From: an uncultured Chlamydiae bacterium
Lineage (GTDB): Bacteria > Chlamydiota > Chlamydiia > Chlamydiales > SM23-39
Length of the DNA: 64,000 nt
Assembly (NCBI GenBank): GCA_963828125.1
Contig: CAWHDP010000002.1
Location: forward strand, 1,857,054-1,921,053
Direction of reading: 5' to 3'
Shown: one piece after another, positions 18,639 to 27,979 of the stretch
Layout: each line of letters begins with the position of its first letter
Position numbering within the stretch: position 1 is the stretch's first letter
Made by a program: the position numbers and the translations under genes
The notes under the pieces: model-generated
The model's database searches: none
Seen by the model: the letters and a program-made list of their open reading frames with translations, nothing else
What the model was told of the DNA's origin: nothing

Positions 18639-19846
18639 GCTAGATTCTTAAACCGGTTGAGGGCTTCGGCAATCGCTGCCGGTTCTGCAAAGGCCGACAG
18701 CCGGATATATCCATCGCCGCCCGGGCCAAATCTGAGGCCAGGCATGCCGATCACATGGGCGTTCTCAAGGACAAAATCAAAAAATTCCCAAGAACTCACT
18801 TTTGGAGGCGTCCTACACCAGATATAGGGAGAATCGATGCCGCCGTAGACGGGGTAGCCGAGTTTTTTAAGCCCTTCAAGGAGAAATTTCGCCCGCTCGC
18901 CATAGCTGAGGATGGTCTCTTGGATCGCCTCTCTCCCCTCCGGCGTGTAGAGCGCTTCGGCAGCCCGTTGAATCGGATAGGAGACCCCATTGTATTCAGT
19001 TTCAGTTCTCCGCTTCCAAAGCGCATGGACAGAGTGCGTAGATCCGGCGTCTCTCACTTGAAGCGCGCGGGGGACGACTGTGTAGGAGCAGCGGAGCCCG
19101 GTGAAACCGGCAGTCTTCGAAAAACTCCGGACTTCAATCGCGACTTCCTCGGCTCCTGCAATTTCATAAATCGAACGGGGAGCGCCCGAAGTGATGAACG
19201 CTTGATAGGAGCCGTCAAATAGGATCACCGCCTCATGCCGCTTCGCAAAGTCTACCCAACGGGTCAGCAGCTCCTTGCTCAGGGCTACGCCTGTTGGATT
19301 CCCGGGGGAGGCGAGATAAATCAGGTCGACATGCCCATCCGGCGGGTTGGGTTGGAATCCGTTCTCCTCTGTACAGGGGAGATAGGTAATCCCGCCGTAA
19401 CGCCCCGTTTTAAGGATAGGACGGGTCCTCCCCGCCATCACGTTCGTATCCACATAGACCGGGAAAGCGGGATCGGGAATCGCGATCCGGTTGTCTATAG
19501 AAAAAATCTTTTGCAGATTGGCGAAATCCGTATTGGCGCCATCTGAAATAAAAATTTCATCAGGTGAAATATTTTTGTAGTCATGCTCGGCGATCGCCTC
19601 CTTTAAAAAAAGATATCCCGCACTCGGACCGTAGCCGCGCAGCGTCTTCGCTCCCCCCATTTCCTTCGCAGCGAGATTCAATGCCTGAGTCACATTCGGG
19701 AAAAGGGGGTGGGTCACATCGCCCATTGCCAAATTGAGAATGGACGCGGTTGGATGTTTCTTTTTTAATGCCTCGACTCGCTTCTCCATTTCAAGAAGCG
19801 GGGAGGCTGTGGTGAGTTTGTGGTAGTGCAGATTCAATTTTGTCAT
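18635..19846 (-). CDS. dapL: LL-diaminopimelate aminotransferase
   Basis: GYGP..GY.FL, EIFISDGA, YVDTNVMAG, PGNPTG and SFSKTAGFTG.R (PLP Lys); start MTKLN. Confidence 0.9.
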   Translation of the reverse strand: MTKLNLHYHKLTTASPLLEMEKRVEALKKKHPTASILNLAMGDVTHPLFPNVTQALNLAAKEMGGAKTLRGYGPSAGYLFLKEAIAEHDYKNISPDEIFISDGANTDFANLQKIFSIDNRIAIPDPAFPVYVDTNVMAGRTRPILKTGRYGGITYLPCTEENGFQPNPPDGHVDLIYLASPGNPTGVALSKELLTRWVDFAKRHEAVILFDGSYQAFITSGAPRSIYEIAGAEEVAIEVRSFSKTAGFTGLRCSYTVVPRALQVRDAGSTHSVHALWKRRTETEYNGVSYPIQRAAEALYTPEGREAIQETILSYGERAKFLLEGLKKLGYPVYGGIDSPYIWCRTPPKVSSWEFFDFVLENAHVIGMPGLRFGPGGDGYIRLSAFAEPAAIAEALNRFKNLA

Positions 19847-19853
19847 GGAAAAC

Positions 19854-19882
19854 AGAATAATCTCCTTGTTCATAACACTCAA
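19854..19882 (-). promoter_or_regulatory. Sigma66-type promoter of dapL
   Basis: TTGAGT-17 nt-TATTCT ending 7 nt before the ATG. Confidence 0.5.
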
Positions 19883-19903
19883 GTGAAACAAAATGTAGAT
19901 CAT

Positions 19904-20611
19904 ATGAACTTGCTTGAACGACTCCAATCCGACCTAGAGGCGATTGAGGAAAAATTGGGTTATGTCTTTGAAAATAAAGATCTTTTGATCCAGTCATTCA
20001 CCCATCGCTCTTTTATTAATGAATACAGAGTGCGCACGCTGCAGCACAATGAGAGACTCGAATTTTTGGGCGACTCGGTGTTGGGGCTTGTGGTGGCGGG
20101 CTACCTGTATCACCGGTTGCCCGACCATCCGGAGGGGCAGCTTTCCCAGCTCCGTTCGCGGCTCGTCGACGCTGCCGCTTGCGCGCAATATCTGCGCAAA
20201 CTACATTTGGGTGAGTATATCCTTCTCGGCAAAGGGGAGGCGATGACGGAAGGGAGGACGAAGCCGTCGATCCTTGCCGATGCGTTCGAAGCGGTTTTGG
20301 GGGCTGTTTATCTTGATGGAGGGCTTGGGGTAGTGAAGTCATTTTTGCTCTTCCATTTTGAGGCTGAATTTGAGGCTGCGATCGGAAGTCCTCCCCGCAA
20401 TTACAAGGCGGAATTGCAGGATCTATCGCAGAAACAATTTCAAAAGCCGCCTGTCTATAAGGTCATTGATGAGGCGGGTCCCGATCACGCCAAGGTGTTT
20501 CACGTGATGGTTTTTGTCGACGAAAAAGAGGTGGGCATCGGTACAGGCGCCTCAAAAAAAGAGGCTGAGCAAAGGGCCGCTTTTGATGCGATTTCAAAGG
20601 GGAACAGATGA
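19904..20611 (+). CDS. rnc: Ribonuclease III
   Basis: HNERLEFLGDSVL signature and C-terminal dsRBD (SKKEAEQ.AA). Confidence 0.96.
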   Translation: MNLLERLQSDLEAIEEKLGYVFENKDLLIQSFTHRSFINEYRVRTLQHNERLEFLGDSVLGLVVAGYLYHRLPDHPEGQLSQLRSRLVDAAACAQYLRKLHLGEYILLGKGEAMTEGRTKPSILADAFEAVLGAVYLDGGLGVVKSFLLFHFEAEFEAAIGSPPRNYKAELQDLSQKQFQKPPVYKVIDEAGPDHAKVFHVMVFVDEKEVGIGTGASKKEAEQRAAFDAISKGNR

Positions 20612-21969
20612 AGGTGATTTGGGCTTGCCGTGAATGCGGCCATTCGCAACTGAAATGGAGCGGGAGCTGTCCCACTTGCAAAAATTGGAACACTTTAGTC
20701 GAAGAGCAAACCGTCAAAGAAGAGAAGCGGTTCGAATCGAAAAAAATGGAGAAGACCAAGGCGGTTCGGATTCGGGACGTTAATGCGAGCGAATATAAAC
20801 GGATCGCGACGAAAATGGGAGAACTGGACCGGCTGCTTGGCGGGGGATTGGTCGAAGGGTCGCTGATTTTGGTCGGGGGAGAGCCGGGTGTTGGCAAATC
20901 GACCCTAATGCTCCAGATCGCCAATACGTTAGCGATGCAAGGGTTGACCGTTCTCTATATTTGCGGCGAGGAGTCGGCGGAGCAGACCTCTCTGAGGGCT
21001 CGGAGGCTCAACATCCATGCGGAGAATCTTTATCTCCTCAGTGAAACCAATTTTAGCGCCATCAAGGTGCAAATTGATGAGATCAAGCCAGACATTGCGA
21101 TCGTCGATTCGGTTCAGATCGTTTATAAACCCGAACTCCCCTCGTCGCCCGGATCCGTCGTCCAAGTGCGCGAAATCGCGACCGAATTCATGCATCTGGC
21201 CAAAGGGCACGGCATCACCACTTTTTTGATTGGCCACGTGACCAAATCAGGCGAGCTGGCCGGACCTCGCGTCCTTGAGCACCTCGTCGACACGGTTCTC
21301 GATTTTGAGGGGGATCGGCAGCACGGATTTCGGCTGTTGCGGGCTATTAAAAACCGGTTTGGCGCGACGGATGAGATCGCCATTTTCCAGATGAAGGAGA
21401 CGGGTCTGATGGAGGTGCCCAACCCCTCGCAGGCCTTCCTCGAAGAGCGGATGAAGGAGATCCCTGGCTCGGCGATCGTTCCCGGTCTCGAAGGGGCCCG
21501 CTCGTTCCTTCTGGAGATCCAGGCCCTCGTCACGCCTACTGCTTTCCCGAATCCCTCTCGGAGATCGGCCGGAATCGATCCGAACCGGCTCGGCCTCCTC
21601 CTTGCCGTCCTCGATAAACGGGTCGGTTACAATCTCCACCACTGCGACGTATTTGTGGCCCTCGCAGGCGGGCTCAAAATCGTCGAACCCGCTATCGACC
21701 TCGGGATCCTCCTCGCCGTCTCCTCTTCATTCACGAATCGGCCTATTCCTCCCGATTGCATCGTGATGGGCGAAGTCGGCCTCGGCGGTGAGGTGCGCGG
21801 CGTCAGCCGGATCGAAACGAGGCTGAAAGAGGCGGTTCACATGGGGTTTAAGAAGTGCATCCTTCCCAAGAAAAATCTCAAAGGACTCTCTTCGCATATC
21901 TCTGAAAAAATCAACCTCGTCGGCGTCGAATTGGTCGACCAGGCCATCCAAAGTATTTTATGCGGATAG
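20608..21969 (+). CDS. radA: DNA repair protein RadA/Sms
   Basis: C4 zinc finger, GEPGVGKST and KNRFG motifs. Confidence 0.96.
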   Translation: MKVIWACRECGHSQLKWSGSCPTCKNWNTLVEEQTVKEEKRFESKKMEKTKAVRIRDVNASEYKRIATKMGELDRLLGGGLVEGSLILVGGEPGVGKSTLMLQIANTLAMQGLTVLYICGEESAEQTSLRARRLNIHAENLYLLSETNFSAIKVQIDEIKPDIAIVDSVQIVYKPELPSSPGSVVQVREIATEFMHLAKGHGITTFLIGHVTKSGELAGPRVLEHLVDTVLDFEGDRQHGFRLLRAIKNRFGATDEIAIFQMKETGLMEVPNPSQAFLEERMKEIPGSAIVPGLEGARSFLLEIQALVTPTAFPNPSRRSAGIDPNRLGLLLAVLDKRVGYNLHHCDVFVALAGGLKIVEPAIDLGILLAVSSSFTNRPIPPDCIVMGEVGLGGEVRGVSRIETRLKEAVHMGFKKCILPKKNLKGLSSHISEKINLVGVELVDQAIQSILCG

Positions 21970-22532
21970 GCGCTCGATCATCCCCCTTGTCGCAGGCGCA
22001 GCTCGCAGAGGTTCAGCAGGAGTTAGGTCTAGAGTTTGAGCCCGTGTGGGTCGAAACAAGCGGTGATCTCGATCAGGCAAGCTCTCTCCGCAGTCTGGAA
22101 AAAACCGATTTTTTCACGCGGGAACTCGACCAAATGCTCTTGGAAGGGATCATTGATGCGGCAATCCACTCGGCGAAAGATCTCCCCGACCCGTTGCCGA
22201 AAGGGCTCAAGATCGCTCTTCTCACCCGAGGACTCGATCCGCGCGACAGCTTGGTGATCAAAAGGGAGCCAGTCGAGGTCGTCGCTACCTCGAGCGAGCG
22301 GCGAGAAGAGGCTGTGCGGCAATTGTTTCCCGATTGCCGGTTTGTCGATCTTCGCGGGACGATTCATGAGCGGCTGAAAAAAGAGGTCGATGGAGTGGTT
22401 GTCGCTGAAGCTGCCCTCATTCGATTGGGGTTGACCGGTTTAAAACGGATTTTTCTTCCCGGCCCGACAGCCCCGCTCCAAGGAAAACTCGCCATTGTGT
22501 GCAGAGAAGATGATTTTATATTTGGGGCTTAG
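21960..22532 (+). CDS. hemC: Hydroxymethylbilane synthase, C-terminally short form
   Basis: R.SPL...Q, T.GD, HSAKD and TSS.RR motifs; ends shortly after QG.LAIVCREDD. Confidence 0.85.
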   Translation: MRIGARSSPLSQAQLAEVQQELGLEFEPVWVETSGDLDQASSLRSLEKTDFFTRELDQMLLEGIIDAAIHSAKDLPDPLPKGLKIALLTRGLDPRDSLVIKREPVEVVATSSERREEAVRQLFPDCRFVDLRGTIHERLKKEVDGVVVAEAALIRLGLTGLKRIFLPGPTAPLQGKLAIVCREDDFIFGA

Positions 22533-23082
22533 GCCAAAATCGGGGACTTTTCATTACCCTGTCATCCGGACAGAATTTTGTGGTGATTTAGGGGAGGCGC
22601 TTGCCCTTTGGCCAAAATTCACACACATCATTTTTACCAGCCAAACGGCTGTCGAATATTGGCCAGGCCCTTGGGACAAAGAGGCGATTGCCATTGGAGA
22701 GGCGACGGCGGCTGCCTTGCGGCGCCATGGGGTGGAGCCCAAGATGGCGCCGTTTGCCACGCAAGAGGGGGTCATTGAACTGATTAGAGAAATGAAGGGA
22801 TATTTTTTGATTCCTCGATCCCGTTTGGCAAGAGCTGCTCTCACCGACTTTATGCAAGAGCGGCAGATCCCGTTCCATGCTGTAGATCTGTACGATACCC
22901 ATTTCCAGAGGCTCGAACCCATTCCCGATCTCGCCGAGTTTGACGAGATCGTCTTCACAAGCCCCTCCACAGTGAGGGGTTTTCTTCAGATTTATGGGAC
23001 GCTCCCGAAAGGGAAAAAACTGACCCCGATCGGTCCAGTGACTGCGAGTTTTTTATTGAACTTTAATGGATGTTTAGTGTAA
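22510..23082 (+). CDS. hemD: Uroporphyrinogen-III synthase
   Basis: IIFTS..AV, AIG.ATA.AL, FTSPSTV and IGPVT motifs; overlaps the end of hemC. Confidence 0.85.
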   Translation: MILYLGLRPKSGTFHYPVIRTEFCGDLGEALALWPKFTHIIFTSQTAVEYWPGPWDKEAIAIGEATAAALRRHGVEPKMAPFATQEGVIELIREMKGYFLIPRSRLARAALTDFMQERQIPFHAVDLYDTHFQRLEPIPDLAEFDEIVFTSPSTVRGFLQIYGTLPKGKKLTPIGPVTASFLLNFNGCLV

Positions 23083-23113
23083 AAGTATTTGAGCAAAAAT
23101 TAAAGAGAGTTGC

Positions 23114-24064
23114 ATGTCGGTAAATCTGTATTCTAAAAGTCATTGCTGTAACTGCTTGCCCTATTCAGAGGAGCTTCAAGAGGATTTATTAAAAGCTCCT
23201 CCCCCGAGCGATCGGCTTCCAGAAAATTTTTTGGGGGATGCGATCCTACCGTTTTTACGACATGAGGAAATCGCCTGCTGCCAGTCGGTATGTAAGGAGT
23301 GGAAGGAAGATCTCGATCAGGCGCCTATTTGGAGGACGCAATGTCAAAAGGTTGGCATTCCTTTGGCGGAAAGCTCGAAAAAAGCGTTCGTCAATTGGGT
23401 GATGCGCCAATATTTGGGAACTCTTGATGATGTGCCGCCGGTGCCAGAGGTGTTATTGAAGGATATGAAGAGTCCCAGTCCATTTTGGGACGGTAAAACG
23501 GTGGAAGAGACCGAAAGGCTCGTCCTCGTCCCTAATCGTGGATCTATACCTGGTCTTGTAAGACAGCCAACGACGGTCTGCGGCTTTACGATGATTCCCG
23601 GCCGTTCTGCTGCTCGCCAGATAGAACGTTTGACTTTGAACACTTTGGAGAGGGTGATGCAATCCAAAGGGGCGGCTGGATATAGATTTGTATGTCGGCA
23701 TGTGAAAGCTGGTTTGGGAGATCAACCCATCAATCCAGAAGACAAAGCCTATTGGGCTCGTGTCACGAAGAATATAATCCCCAATAGTGTGGGTCTGTCT
23801 GGGGATGATCACGAACAGCGTGTTGTAGGCGCGGGATATGCGATGCCGAGAGGCGGAGAGATGATTGCCGTCTATTTTATGGATCAAACTTTTTTGCCCG
23901 ATGGCGAAGATGATGCAGGAACATTGAGCCGTTGCGAAGAGAGGGTCGGGGATTTGTCTTTGGCTGTTGGGTGTTCTAATGAGAGCGGTCTAACGATCGG
24001 CGCTCATGACTTGAGACCTCATGATCTCGTCGGTGTGGTGGCAGTCAAACGGGTGATCCCTTAG
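23114..24064 (+). CDS. F-box-like domain protein, candidate effector
   Basis: LPENFLGDAILPFL..EEIA.CQSVCKEW......IW matches the F-box consensus. Confidence 0.75.
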   Translation: MSVNLYSKSHCCNCLPYSEELQEDLLKAPPPSDRLPENFLGDAILPFLRHEEIACCQSVCKEWKEDLDQAPIWRTQCQKVGIPLAESSKKAFVNWVMRQYLGTLDDVPPVPEVLLKDMKSPSPFWDGKTVEETERLVLVPNRGSIPGLVRQPTTVCGFTMIPGRSAARQIERLTLNTLERVMQSKGAAGYRFVCRHVKAGLGDQPINPEDKAYWARVTKNIIPNSVGLSGDDHEQRVVGAGYAMPRGGEMIAVYFMDQTFLPDGEDDAGTLSRCEERVGDLSLAVGCSNESGLTIGAHDLRPHDLVGVVAVKRVIP

Positions 24065-24091
24065 CCCGCGGATGCGTGAGAAATGCGGGTG

Positions 24092-24120
24092 ATACTGCGG
24101 CCACCCCAAAAGTGTGAATT
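24092..24120 (+). repeat. 29-bp dispersed element, copy 1 (IS-end-like)
   Basis: ATACTGCGGCCACCCCAAAAGTGTGAATT; 28/29 identical to 53456-53484. Confidence 0.8.
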
Positions 24121-24194
24121 TGTCTTGAATTTTAGTGTGTGTTGATTATACTAGACGTCGGTCTATAAGTAAATGTCTTATCGGAGGCGATTTT

Positions 24195-24608
24195 ATGCAA
24201 CCAACAAATATACAGAGAGCACAAGAAGCAGCAGTGCAGATAGTAGCGCAAGTGATAGAAAAGCCGATAGACCCCCTATCGGCCATCAAGTCAGTAATCA
24301 GGACCATCCGCGTATTTGGGGATGTGGTTTCCATGTGGTGCCAGGGTCCCCGAGGTCAAATGGCTAAACTCGCAGTCAATCAATGTATTGGGCATGGCAT
24401 CGGAATAGGGGGGGGAGTGAGCCTTTCGTTGGCAGCTAGCTCTATGAAGGGAGAGGGGATGCAGGTTATTTTCGGATTGTTCGCCGCTCCGTTTATCCTT
24501 GTCGAGACGCTGAACATCATTGTCCTTATCGATCTTTTCAGGGAAAAATGCTGTGGTAAAACGTCTTGGTTCGCACGCCCCCAGACTCCTCCGCCTGTAA
24601 TGGGATAA
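24195..24608 (+). CDS. Hypothetical membrane protein with two closely spaced hydrophobic segments
   Basis: GGAGG upstream of ATG 24195; GIGIGGGVSLSLAA and VIFGLFAAPFILVETLNIIVLI segments. Confidence 0.65.
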   Translation: MQPTNIQRAQEAAVQIVAQVIEKPIDPLSAIKSVIRTIRVFGDVVSMWCQGPRGQMAKLAVNQCIGHGIGIGGGVSLSLAASSMKGEGMQVIFGLFAAPFILVETLNIIVLIDLFREKCCGKTSWFARPQTPPPVMG

Positions 24609-24664
24609 ATCTTTATCAGAAAGTGGGGGAAACGATATAGTTGAATCAAAAGGAGATCCCCGGT

Positions 24665-25288
24665 ATGGTCGACCAAAAAACAAGTTATCAGCTTCCCGAA
24701 CTGCCCTACGCTTTCAATGCATTAGAGCCTGTGATTTCCTCGGAAATTATGGAACTCCATTATCTGAAACACCATAAGGGTTATGTGACGAATCTCAATG
24801 CTGCGTTGGAAAAATATCACGAGGCGGAGAGCAAAAACGATGTGGCTCAAATGATCGCTTTGCAGTCTGCCATTAAGTTCAATGGCGGCGGCCATATCAA
24901 CCATAGCATTTTTTGGACGATTCTGGCCCCCGTCTCTAAAGGCGGCGGAGGGGTTCCAACGGGGGATCTGTCTCAGATGATCCAGCGTGATTTTGGATCT
25001 TTCGATCTGTTCAAAGAAAAATTGAGCGCCGCAACGGTCGGCATTCAAGGCTCTGGCTGGGGGTGGCTCGGCTACAACAAGAGCCAAAAACGGCTCGAAA
25101 TCGCCACCTGTTCGAATCAAGATCCGCTCAGCACTCACGGATTAGTTCCCATTTTGGGAGTCGATGTGTGGGAACATGCCTATTATCTTCAGTATAAGAA
25201 TGTTAGAGTAGATTATGTCAAAGCGATATGGCAAATTTTTCATTGGAAGCACATCGAGGATAGGTTCACCAAGGCATTAGGCGCTTGA
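24665..25288 (+). CDS. sodA: Mn/Fe superoxide dismutase
   Basis: [20 protein letters not shown] and DVWEHAYY motifs. Confidence 0.95.
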   Translation: MVDQKTSYQLPELPYAFNALEPVISSEIMELHYLKHHKGYVTNLNAALEKYHEAESKNDVAQMIALQSAIKFNGGGHINHSIFWTILAPVSKGGGGVPTGDLSQMIQRDFGSFDLFKEKLSAATVGIQGSGWGWLGYNKSQKRLEIATCSNQDPLSTHGLVPILGVDVWEHAYYLQYKNVRVDYVKAIWQIFHWKHIEDRFTKALGA

Positions 25289-25327
25289 TTGATTGCCCCG
25301 TTTCACCTATGATGTCCACGATAATGT

Positions 25328-26257
25328 ATGGGACTATTTTCTCGCGGTAAACCAAAAATTAAAATCCAGACGACCAAGAAGGATGGATTTAGCGGGTGGA
25401 TCAAGTGTTCCGGCTGCAGCGAATTGATTCATGCGAACGAATTATCGCAGAATCTCAACGGCTGTCCGAAATGCGGCTACCATTACCGCCTCTCTTTGAA
25501 GCAGCGGATCGAGCTGCTTGCAGACGAGGGGACGTATCAAGAATTATTCACCCATATTCACCCCCTGGACTCGCTCCAGTTCGTCGATACGGAGAGCTAT
25601 GCAAAGCGGATCGAAGAGGCTGTTAAAAAGACAGGCCGGAATGAGGCTGTGAGCGTCGGCACATGTCTGATCGATGGACGGACGGCGGCGCTGGGGGTTC
25701 TCGATTTTGCCTATATGGGGGGATCGATGGGTTCTGTCGTTGGAGAGAGGCTGACCTTGCTCATTGAGTGGGCGCTAGAAAAAAGACTTCCCCTCGTGAT
25801 CGTGTCGGCGTCAGGCGGCGCCCGGATGCAGGAATCCATTTTATCGCTCATGCAGATGGCGAAGACGGCGGCAGCCCTGGCAAAGCTTCATGAAAAAGGG
25901 ATCCCATATCTCTCTGTACTCACTAACCCGACGACGGGCGGGGTCACTGCTTCGTTTGCGACTCTCGGCGATGTGATCCTCGCCGAGCCCGACGCTCTCA
26001 TCGCTTTTGCAGGCCCTCGCGTCGTTGAACAGACCATTGGCCAAAAGCTCCCTCCACGTGCCCAAAAATCGGAATTTCTCCTTGAGAGGGGGATGCTGGA
26101 CTGCATTGTAAAGCGCTCTGAGCTCAAGGCCCGCATCTCCTTTTTCATCGGATTTTTGACCGGCAATGAACGGACATTCGAAAAAGATGAGCTTGCTAAA
26201 AAAATGCCCAGGGCGTTAAAAGAGCTTCTGAAGATCGCAGAAGGGGCTCATGCATAA
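25328..26257 (+). CDS. accD: Acetyl-CoA carboxylase carboxyltransferase beta subunit
   Basis: C4 zinc finger, [18 protein letters not shown] and PTTGGV.ASF motifs. Confidence 0.96.
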   Translation: MGLFSRGKPKIKIQTTKKDGFSGWIKCSGCSELIHANELSQNLNGCPKCGYHYRLSLKQRIELLADEGTYQELFTHIHPLDSLQFVDTESYAKRIEEAVKKTGRNEAVSVGTCLIDGRTAALGVLDFAYMGGSMGSVVGERLTLLIEWALEKRLPLVIVSASGGARMQESILSLMQMAKTAAALAKLHEKGIPYLSVLTNPTTGGVTASFATLGDVILAEPDALIAFAGPRVVEQTIGQKLPPRAQKSEFLLERGMLDCIVKRSELKARISFFIGFLTGNERTFEKDELAKKMPRALKELLKIAEGAHA

Positions 26258-26696
26258 CAAAATTTCTGTCGCTATCCATGTGCTGGATGAAGAATTGATT
26301 CCGGCCTATGCGACTCCGCTAGCTTCAGGTTGCGACGCCCGTGCGGCGATTGCCGAATCGATAGCCATTCCCCCCGGGGCAAGCGCCCTGGTGCCGACCG
26401 GCGTCAGGGTAGCCCTCCCTGCAGGGTTTGAAATCCAAGTGCGGCCGAGGAGCGGTTTTGCATTGAAAAATCAGCTGACAGTGCTCAATACGCCCGGAAC
26501 GATAGATAGCGACTATCGGGGGGAAATTGCCATCATTCTGATCAACCATGGGAAAGAGCCTTTTGTCGTAACCCCTAAAATGCGGATTGCCCAATTGGTC
26601 GTTTCTCCTGTGGTTCAGGCTGAGTTTGTCCGTAAAGAATCCTTATCGGAAACACAAAGGGGAGAAGGTAAGTTTGGCCATACTGGCGCGAATTAA
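26250..26696 (+). CDS. dut: dUTP diphosphatase
   Basis: [20 protein letters not shown] and RGEG.FGHTG motifs. Confidence 0.96.
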   Translation: MHNKISVAIHVLDEELIPAYATPLASGCDARAAIAESIAIPPGASALVPTGVRVALPAGFEIQVRPRSGFALKNQLTVLNTPGTIDSDYRGEIAIILINHGKEPFVVTPKMRIAQLVVSPVVQAEFVRKESLSETQRGEGKFGHTGAN

Positions 26697-26730
26697 TCCC
26701 TTCCCAAGGACCTTTAAAAAAAAGGAATTC

Positions 26731-27171
26731 ATGAAGTATTTGAATTCTCGGCTCATTGCTTTTCTCGACGTCGATACCCGCGATGAGGCTATTCACGCGC
26801 TGGTCGATCTCCTGGAAGAAGAGGGGTATCTCCCAAATAAAGAGGCTTTCCGCAAAGCGATCTTTCATAGAGAGCAGCTCGTCTCGACCGGAATCGGCAT
26901 GGGTGTTGCGATACCACACGCCAAACTGAAGGAATTATCCGATTTTTTTATTGTTGTCGGGATTCAGCAGAAAAAAGGGGTCGATTGGAATGCGCTCGAT
27001 AAAGCCCCTGTCCGCCTCATTTTCATGATCGGCGGCCCTGAAGATAAACAGACTGAATACCTCCAAATCCTCTCCCTTCTCACCTCTGCAATTCGAGATG
27101 TGGATCTTCGGAAAAAATTGCTCAATGCGCAATCTTCTGAAGAAGCTCTTGCACTTTTCTCTCAATTCTAA
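26731..27171 (+). CDS. ptsN: PTS IIA-like nitrogen-regulatory protein
   Basis: RE...STGIG.GVAIPH phosphorylation motif; start uncertain. Confidence 0.88.
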   Translation: MKYLNSRLIAFLDVDTRDEAIHALVDLLEEEGYLPNKEAFRKAIFHREQLVSTGIGMGVAIPHAKLKELSDFFIVVGIQQKKGVDWNALDKAPVRLIFMIGGPEDKQTEYLQILSLLTSAIRDVDLRKKLLNAQSSEEALALFSQF

Positions 27172-27199
27172 TATTTTTTGATCATATCGGGGGATAATC

Positions 27200-27910
27200 A
27201 TGGATTTAAGGCTCAAAGATGTGACCGAATTACTCAATGTTTCAGAGGCGACGGTCAAGCGTTGGATTTCTGACGGAAAAATTCCCTATTACCGACTCCA
27301 TAACCAATACCGGTTCAGCCGGAGCGAAATCGAAAATTGGGTCCTCAGCTGTAAGCAGGGGGGCGATTTCTCCCCTTTTGACGATGAGGAATCTCCCAAA
27401 GAAAAATTGGGGACGCAGCAGTTCGGCCTTTTCCGCGCCGTTCACAAAGGGGGGGTCTATTCCAACATCCCAGGCGATACGAAAGAAGAGGTGATCCGGA
27501 ACGCAATGGAACAGATCGCCTCCGATCTTCATCTCGACGCCGAAGTGATCACCGAGCTGCTGCTCGATCGGGAAAACCTGATGCCAACGGCGCTATCCAA
27601 CGGAATCGGGGTCCCCCATACGCGCGATTTTCTACTCCAGGAATCGTATGATGTGATCGCCGTCGTTTTCCCCGCAAAACCTATTGAATATGGCGCCCTT
27701 GACGGCCAGCCGGTTCATACTCTCTTTTTCCTCTTCGCTTGCGATGACAAGCGGCATCTCCACCTCCTTGCTAAGCTCGCCCACCTCAGCAGCAAACCAG
27801 AGAATCTCGCCTTTCTAAACGGCCATCCGCCTAAGGCTCAACTTCTCGAATATGTGAAGAATTGGGAGGCGAATATCAAGACTGGCGCTGGGGAAATCGC
27901 TGCCGTGTAA
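27200..27910 (+). CDS. ptsN: PTS IIA protein with N-terminal excisionase-type HTH
   Basis: DVTELLNVSEATVKRW...GKIP HTH fused to a RE...PTAL..GIGVPH IIA domain. Confidence 0.88.
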   Translation: MDLRLKDVTELLNVSEATVKRWISDGKIPYYRLHNQYRFSRSEIENWVLSCKQGGDFSPFDDEESPKEKLGTQQFGLFRAVHKGGVYSNIPGDTKEEVIRNAMEQIASDLHLDAEVITELLLDRENLMPTALSNGIGVPHTRDFLLQESYDVIAVVFPAKPIEYGALDGQPVHTLFFLFACDDKRHLHLLAKLAHLSSKPENLAFLNGHPPKAQLLEYVKNWEANIKTGAGEIAAV

Positions 27911-27979
27911 AAAATTTTTGTTGTTATTTTTTAGCCTCTTTATTAAGATTTGATCCAATTTTTTTGAGAGAGGTAGGTC

